Assembly: GCA_043783155.1 (NCBI GenBank)
Contig: JAYVZS010000054.1
Coordinates: 85,667-149,666, forward strand
Source of the DNA: Bacteroidota bacterium
GTDB lineage: Bacteria > Bacteroidota > Bacteroidia > AKYH767-A > 2013-40CM-41-45
Direction of reading: 5' to 3'
DNA: 64,000 bases
Shown: positions 59,535 to 64,000 of the stretch, piece by piece
How positions within the stretch are numbered: position 1 is the stretch's first letter
Layout: each line of letters begins with the position of its first letter
The notes under the pieces: model-generated
What the model saw: the letters and a program-made list of their open reading frames with translations, nothing else
Database searches by the model: none
Told to the model about the DNA's origin: nothing
Position numbers and translations under genes: made by a program

Positions 59535-59567
59535 AACAGTCCCGCCGAGAGGAGGGACTGTTTTTTT
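59535..59567 (+). terminator. Intrinsic terminator
   Basis: AACAGTCCC...GGGACTGTT followed by a T run. Confidence 0.8.
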
Positions 59568-59594
59568 ATTTTTATCACACTCAGATAAAAAAAA

Positions 59595-59690
59595 TTACTA
59601 CTGCTTACCGCCAACTACCTACTGCTACTGCCAGCCCACACTCTCTCTTCATTGCATACTGCTACTGCTTACCTCTACTGCCAACTTCCT
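59595..59690. repeat. Degenerate 6/7-bp ACTGC(T/C) tandem tract
   Basis: TACTACTGCTTACCGCCAACTACCTACTGCTACTGCC...ACTGCTACTGCTTACCTCTACTGCCAACT. Confidence 0.55.
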
Positions 59691-59829
59691 CCCTTCACGA
59701 ATCATTCAGAAAAAAAATAGTACTTGCGCCCAAAATCATTTTTGAACCACAACGATCAGGTATTCATTTTCTCCATTCTGTTTCTTTTGTTTTATGCTGA
59801 AAATAAGGAGCTTACATGTATCCGGTAGT

Positions 59830-59860
59830 TTTGTGTTTCAAGATGAATCATGTAAGTTTG
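59830..59860 (+). promoter_or_regulatory. Bacteroidota housekeeping promoter TTTG-N19-TAAGTTTG
   Basis: Exact consensus boxes upstream of ATG 59888. Confidence 0.7.
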
Positions 59861-59887
59861 CGCCTCCTAAAAAATTAATCAGTTACT

Positions 59888-61840
59888 ATGAACAAGAAAT
59901 CATTTATATCATTCACACTGACCATGGCTCTTTGTGCAAATCTGTTTGCACAGGAAAAAAAGGATCAGACTATTCTTACCATAGCGGGAGAAAACATCAG
60001 CAAAGGTGAATTTGAACGTGTGTTCAAGAAAAATAACACCAAAGAAACATCGTACGATAAAAAATCTGTCAACGATTACCTGAACCTGTACATCAACTAT
60101 AAGTTGAAAGTAAAAGAAGCGATGGAGTTGGGGATGGACACAGCCAAATCGTTTGTAGATGAACTGAGCGGCTATCGCAAACAACTTGCGCAACCGTACC
60201 TGGTTGACAAAGACGTTACCGAGAACCTGTTAAAGGAAGCATACAGCCGGTTGAAAACAGACATCCGCGCCAGCCACATCCTCGTGAAACTTGCTCCTGA
60301 TGCCTTACCGAAGGATACTCTTGAAAGTTACAACAAAGCGATCCGTATTCGCCAGGAGGTATTGAAAGGTGCGGATTTCGCAACTGCTGCAAAACAAAAA
60401 TCGGATGATCCTTCCGCAAAAGATAACGGTGGAGATTTAGGTTACTTCACAGTACTTCAAATGGTTTATCCTTTTGAGACGGCTGCTTACAACATGAAAC
60501 CAGGAGAAGTTTCAATGCCGGTAAGGACCCGTTTTGGATATCACATTATTAAAGTGACTGAGACAAGAGAAGCGCAGGGTGAAGTGAAAATTGCACACAT
60601 CATGGTGAAAGCTGCTAATGGAATTAAGGCAGAGGATTCGGTTGCTGCCGTTCAGAAGATTAATGAGATTTACGGGAAGCTGAAAACCGGAGAAGTTTTT
60701 GAAGACCTCGCTAAGAAATTTTCGGACGACCAGGGATCAGCAAAGAACGGAGGAGCCCTGCCGATGTTTGGTACAGGTAAAATGGTTCCGGAGTTTGAAA
60801 AAGCGGCTTTTGATTTGAAAAAAATCGGCGACTTTTCTTCTCCAATCAAAACGTCTTACGGCTGGCACATTCTCAAACTATTGGAGAAAAAACCTTTGGG
60901 AACATACGATGAGCTTTTAGCCGATCTGAAATCGAAAGTGGGTAAAGATTCGCGCGCTGAACTAAGCAAGTCATCCATGATTAACAGGATCAAACTAAAA
61001 TATAATTTCAGAGAAATGCCAAAAGCAAAAGATGAGTTTATGAAAATTGTTGACACTACTCTTACACAGGGAAAGTGGACTGGAGAAACTGCATCGAAAC
61101 TGAAAAATGTAATGTTCACGCTCGCGAATTCAAATTACACACAACAGGATTTTTCAAAATACCTCGAAGATCATCAGTCACGTAAGTCAAACTCAACTCC
61201 TCTTGTAACTGCGAATACCGGTTACAACGATTGGGTGAACGAAAGTTGTATTGCTTACGAAGAAAGTCATCTCGATTCCATCTATCCTGATTTTAGAAAT
61301 CTGATGCAGGAATACCGCGATGGTATCTTGTTGTTCGAACTTACCGATAAAAAAGTATGGTCGAAAGCAGTGAAAGACACCACCGGACTGAAAGAATATT
61401 ATGAGAAAAATAAAAACAATTACAAATGGGGCGATCGACTCGATGCAATTATTTATACGTGCGCTACAATTGATATTGCAAAAGAGGTGAGGAAGCAAAT
61501 GAAAAAGATTGACGATGTGGATACATTGCTTGCCCGCATTAACAAAAATTCACAATTGAATTTGCAGATAAGGACCGGAAAGTTTTCAAAAGGCGATAAT
61601 GAAATCATCGATTCTATTCCATGGGTTGACGGAATAACAAAGGATATGAAGAAAAATAACCAGATTATTTTTGTAGATGTAAAGAAGGTGCTCCCTTCTC
61701 AGCCGAAAACGCTTGAAGAAGCAAAGGGAATTGTAACAGCTGATTATCAAACCTATCTTGAAAAAGACTGGATCGTCTCTTTACGCGGGAAATATCCTGT
61801 TAAGGTTTTCCAGGAAGTGGTTGATACGGTAACGAAATAA
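59888..61840 (+). CDS. Periplasmic parvulin-type peptidyl-prolyl isomerase (two rotamase domains)
   Basis: RASHILV...SDDPSAKDNGGDLG...FGYHIIK; IAHIMV...GGALP...YGWHILK. Confidence 0.92.
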   Translation: MNKKSFISFTLTMALCANLFAQEKKDQTILTIAGENISKGEFERVFKKNNTKETSYDKKSVNDYLNLYINYKLKVKEAMELGMDTAKSFVDELSGYRKQLAQPYLVDKDVTENLLKEAYSRLKTDIRASHILVKLAPDALPKDTLESYNKAIRIRQEVLKGADFATAAKQKSDDPSAKDNGGDLGYFTVLQMVYPFETAAYNMKPGEVSMPVRTRFGYHIIKVTETREAQGEVKIAHIMVKAANGIKAEDSVAAVQKINEIYGKLKTGEVFEDLAKKFSDDQGSAKNGGALPMFGTGKMVPEFEKAAFDLKKIGDFSSPIKTSYGWHILKLLEKKPLGTYDELLADLKSKVGKDSRAELSKSSMINRIKLKYNFREMPKAKDEFMKIVDTTLTQGKWTGETASKLKNVMFTLANSNYTQQDFSKYLEDHQSRKSNSTPLVTANTGYNDWVNESCIAYEESHLDSIYPDFRNLMQEYRDGILLFELTDKKVWSKAVKDTTGLKEYYEKNKNNYKWGDRLDAIIYTCATIDIAKEVRKQMKKIDDVDTLLARINKNSQLNLQIRTGKFSKGDNEIIDSIPWVDGITKDMKKNNQIIFVDVKKVLPSQPKTLEEAKGIVTADYQTYLEKDWIVSLRGKYPVKVFQEVVDTVTK

Positions 61841-61942
61841 AGTTCAATAAAAAATTGTTAATGGCGTTCATTCAGATACCTGGGGGAACGCCATTTTAGT
61901 TTTGGTAATTGGTTTTAAAAGCAAAATCCGGAGCGGATATTC

Positions 61943-62797
61943 ATGAAGAAGGCGTACCCGATGTTTCTTTTGTTGGCTTTGCTATCGGTATCTTCATGCA
62001 GATTTTTCAGGAAAAGTGCTGATAAGAAAAATGCTATAGCCCGCGTGTATGACCTATATCTCTATCCGGAAGATATGACCGGAATTGTCCCACCCGGTTC
62101 TTCAAAACAAGATAGTATTTCGGTAACAAAGAATTTTATTCAGAACTGGATCAGGCAAAAAGTTGTTTTGCATAAAGCAGAAAATAACCTCGATAACGAA
62201 AAGAAAGATGTTGAAAAACAACTGGAAGAATACCGCAATTCGCTCATTACGTACGCGTATGAAAAAGCGCTGATCGGACAGAAACTTGACACTATTATTT
62301 CTCAAAACGAGATAGAAGAATTCTACAATAACAATCAGAATAATTTTGAACTAAAAGATAATATAATAAAGGTTATCTATCTGAAACTGAATAATAAATC
62401 ACCTAAGATCGAAAAAGTGAAACAATGGTATAAATCGGATAATAAAAAAGACAGAGCGTTGCTTACAGAGTATTGTCATCAGTATGCTTTAAACTATTAC
62501 CTCGATGAAAATGTATGGCTTTTGTTCGATGATCTGTTAAAAGAAATTCCCATTAAGACATACGATAAAGAACAGTTTCTTCAAAACAACAGGAACATTG
62601 AGATTGAAGATTCGACAAATGTTTTCCTGGTGAGTATAAAAGGATTTAGAATAAAAAACAGTGTATCCCCGTTGGGCTTTGAAGAAACCAACATCCGGAC
62701 GATGATCATCAACCAGCGAAAACTGAAACTGATTGAACAAATGGAACAACAGGCATTTGAAAACGCTAAAAAAAATGGCGACTTCGAAGTGTATTAA
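61943..62797 (+). CDS. Lipoprotein, PPIase/chaperone-associated
   Basis: VSSC lipobox; IARVYDLYLY, YRNSL..Y.YE; lies between two PPIase genes. Confidence 0.8.
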   Translation: MKKAYPMFLLLALLSVSSCRFFRKSADKKNAIARVYDLYLYPEDMTGIVPPGSSKQDSISVTKNFIQNWIRQKVVLHKAENNLDNEKKDVEKQLEEYRNSLITYAYEKALIGQKLDTIISQNEIEEFYNNNQNNFELKDNIIKVIYLKLNNKSPKIEKVKQWYKSDNKKDRALLTEYCHQYALNYYLDENVWLLFDDLLKEIPIKTYDKEQFLQNNRNIEIEDSTNVFLVSIKGFRIKNSVSPLGFEETNIRTMIINQRKLKLIEQMEQQAFENAKKNGDFEVY

Positions 62798-62818
62798 AAA
62801 ATTAACTTTGCATCCGCT

Positions 62819-64000
62819 ATGAAAATTTTTAAGAAGTTTCTATTGTCAGTAATACAATTGATGTATGCCAATCGAAGGTCGGGATTAAATCCGCAATCCC
62901 TGCCTGTCCGGCGGGCAGGTAGAATCCGCAATCCGCATTTCTTAACTTTTTGCCTGTTGACGATCACGTCATCCACTTCTTTTTCTCAGCAATCTAAAGT
63001 AATCGACCAGGTGGTAGGAGTAGTTGGAAGTAAGATTATTCTTCAATCGGATATTGAGAAACAGTACAATCAATACATCGCACAGGGGGGTGAGCGAAAT
63101 GAAAACGGACGGTGCCTTATTTTTGATCAACTGATCCTTTCGAAACTTTTGATTAACCAGGCAGACCTCGACAGCGTTACGGTATCGGAGACGCAGGTTG
63201 ACAATGAACTCGACAAACGAATGCGTTTCTACATCAAACAAATCGGTTCAGAAGAGAAACTGGAAGACTACTTTCATACGACGATTATTCAGTTGAAGTC
63301 TGAACTTCGTGATTTGATCAAAGAACAAATTACCGTTCAAACCATGCAGGGAAAAATTACACATGATGTGACCGCTTCTCCTAATGATGTGCGTGAATAT
63401 TTTGAAAGTATTCCCGCCGACAGCGTTCCTTACATGGATGCGGAACTTGAAGTGGCGCAGATTGTTCGCAAACCACCGGTAAATGGTGAAGAAAAGAAAA
63501 GAGTAAAAGAACAGATTGAAGAATACAGACAGAAGATATTATCGGGAGCTGCAGATTTTGCAGTGTATGCTGCGTTGTATTCTACGGATGCTACTTCAGC
63601 TAAGAAAGGCGGAGAGCTTGGTTTTTTTGAAAGAGGGCAGATGGTTCCGGAGTTTGAAGCCGCCGCATTCAATTTAAAACCCGGAGAAATTTCTCCGATT
63701 ATTGAAACCAAATTCGGGTATCATATTCTTCAACTCATCGAACGAAGAGGTGACCAGATCAATGTTCGTCATATCCTTCTTCAACCGAAAGTGTCTGATG
63801 ATGACCTCATCAAAGCAGTGAATTTTCTTGATAGTCTCAGGAAAAAGATTGAAGGCGGTTCCATTAGTTTCGAGGAGGCATCTGAAAAATTTTCGGATGA
63901 TGAAGATACACGCAACAACGGAGGTTTAATGATTAATCCGGAGACAGGAACAACTCATCTTTCTCCCGATAAAATGGATCGTTTGCTTTTCTTTCATGTG
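62819..64000 (+). CDS. surA: SurA-like chaperone/PPIase, 3'-partial
   Basis: Not in ORF track. ATG 62819 just after TAACTTTG; VIDQVVGVVGSKIILQSDIE, GGELGFFERGQMVPEFEAAAF, FGYHILQL, VRHILL. Confidence 0.85.
   Translation, partial: MKIFKKFLLSVIQLMYANRRSGLNPQSLPVRRAGRIRNPHFLTFCLLTITSSTSFSQQSKVIDQVVGVVGSKIILQSDIEKQYNQYIAQGGERNENGRCLIFDQLILSKLLINQADLDSVTVSETQVDNELDKRMRFYIKQIGSEEKLEDYFHTTIIQLKSELRDLIKEQITVQTMQGKITHDVTASPNDVREYFESIPADSVPYMDAELEVAQIVRKPPVNGEEKKRVKEQIEEYRQKILSGAADFAVYAALYSTDATSAKKGGELGFFERGQMVPEFEAAAFNLKPGEISPIIETKFGYHILQLIERRGDQINVRHILLQPKVSDDDLIKAVNFLDSLRKKIEGGSISFEEASEKFSDDEDTRNNGGLMINPETGTTHLSPDKMDRLLFFHV

Overview
Chromosomal window from a Bacteroidota bacterium, judged from T9SS C-terminal domains, TAnnTTTG housekeeping promoter boxes and Gln after signal peptides. 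It holds about 50 real CDS: the tail of a glycan locus (GT, asnB-like, fcl, gmd); housekeeping genes (rdgB, split methylmalonyl-CoA mutase, ftsB-like, MATE, beta-carbonic anhydrase, mscL, lpdA, an M16 peptidase pair, guaB, a PPIase/SurA trio); a second glycan export locus (wecA-like, rfbC, wzc, wza, methyltransferase, deacetylase, GT4, asnB-like); and several envelope proteins. The most interesting region is a co-oriented, AT-richer block at about 12.4-24.7 kb. It encodes an ECF sigma / anti-sigma / metal-sensor trio (CnrHYX-like), six T9SS cargo proteins (two Sec-exported multicopper oxidases, an arylsulfotransferase-family protein, a YHYH protein, a lectin-like protein, a double-DUF1566 protein), a redoxin and a HupE/UreJ-type membrane protein, with two repeated ECF-type promoter motifs visible in the DNA. 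The window also carries at least two families of miniature inverted-repeat elements and short-period repeats; three repeat insertions sit in frame inside genes. I found no rRNA, tRNA, CRISPR array or intact transposase. All family calls come from motif recognition by eye, not database searches.
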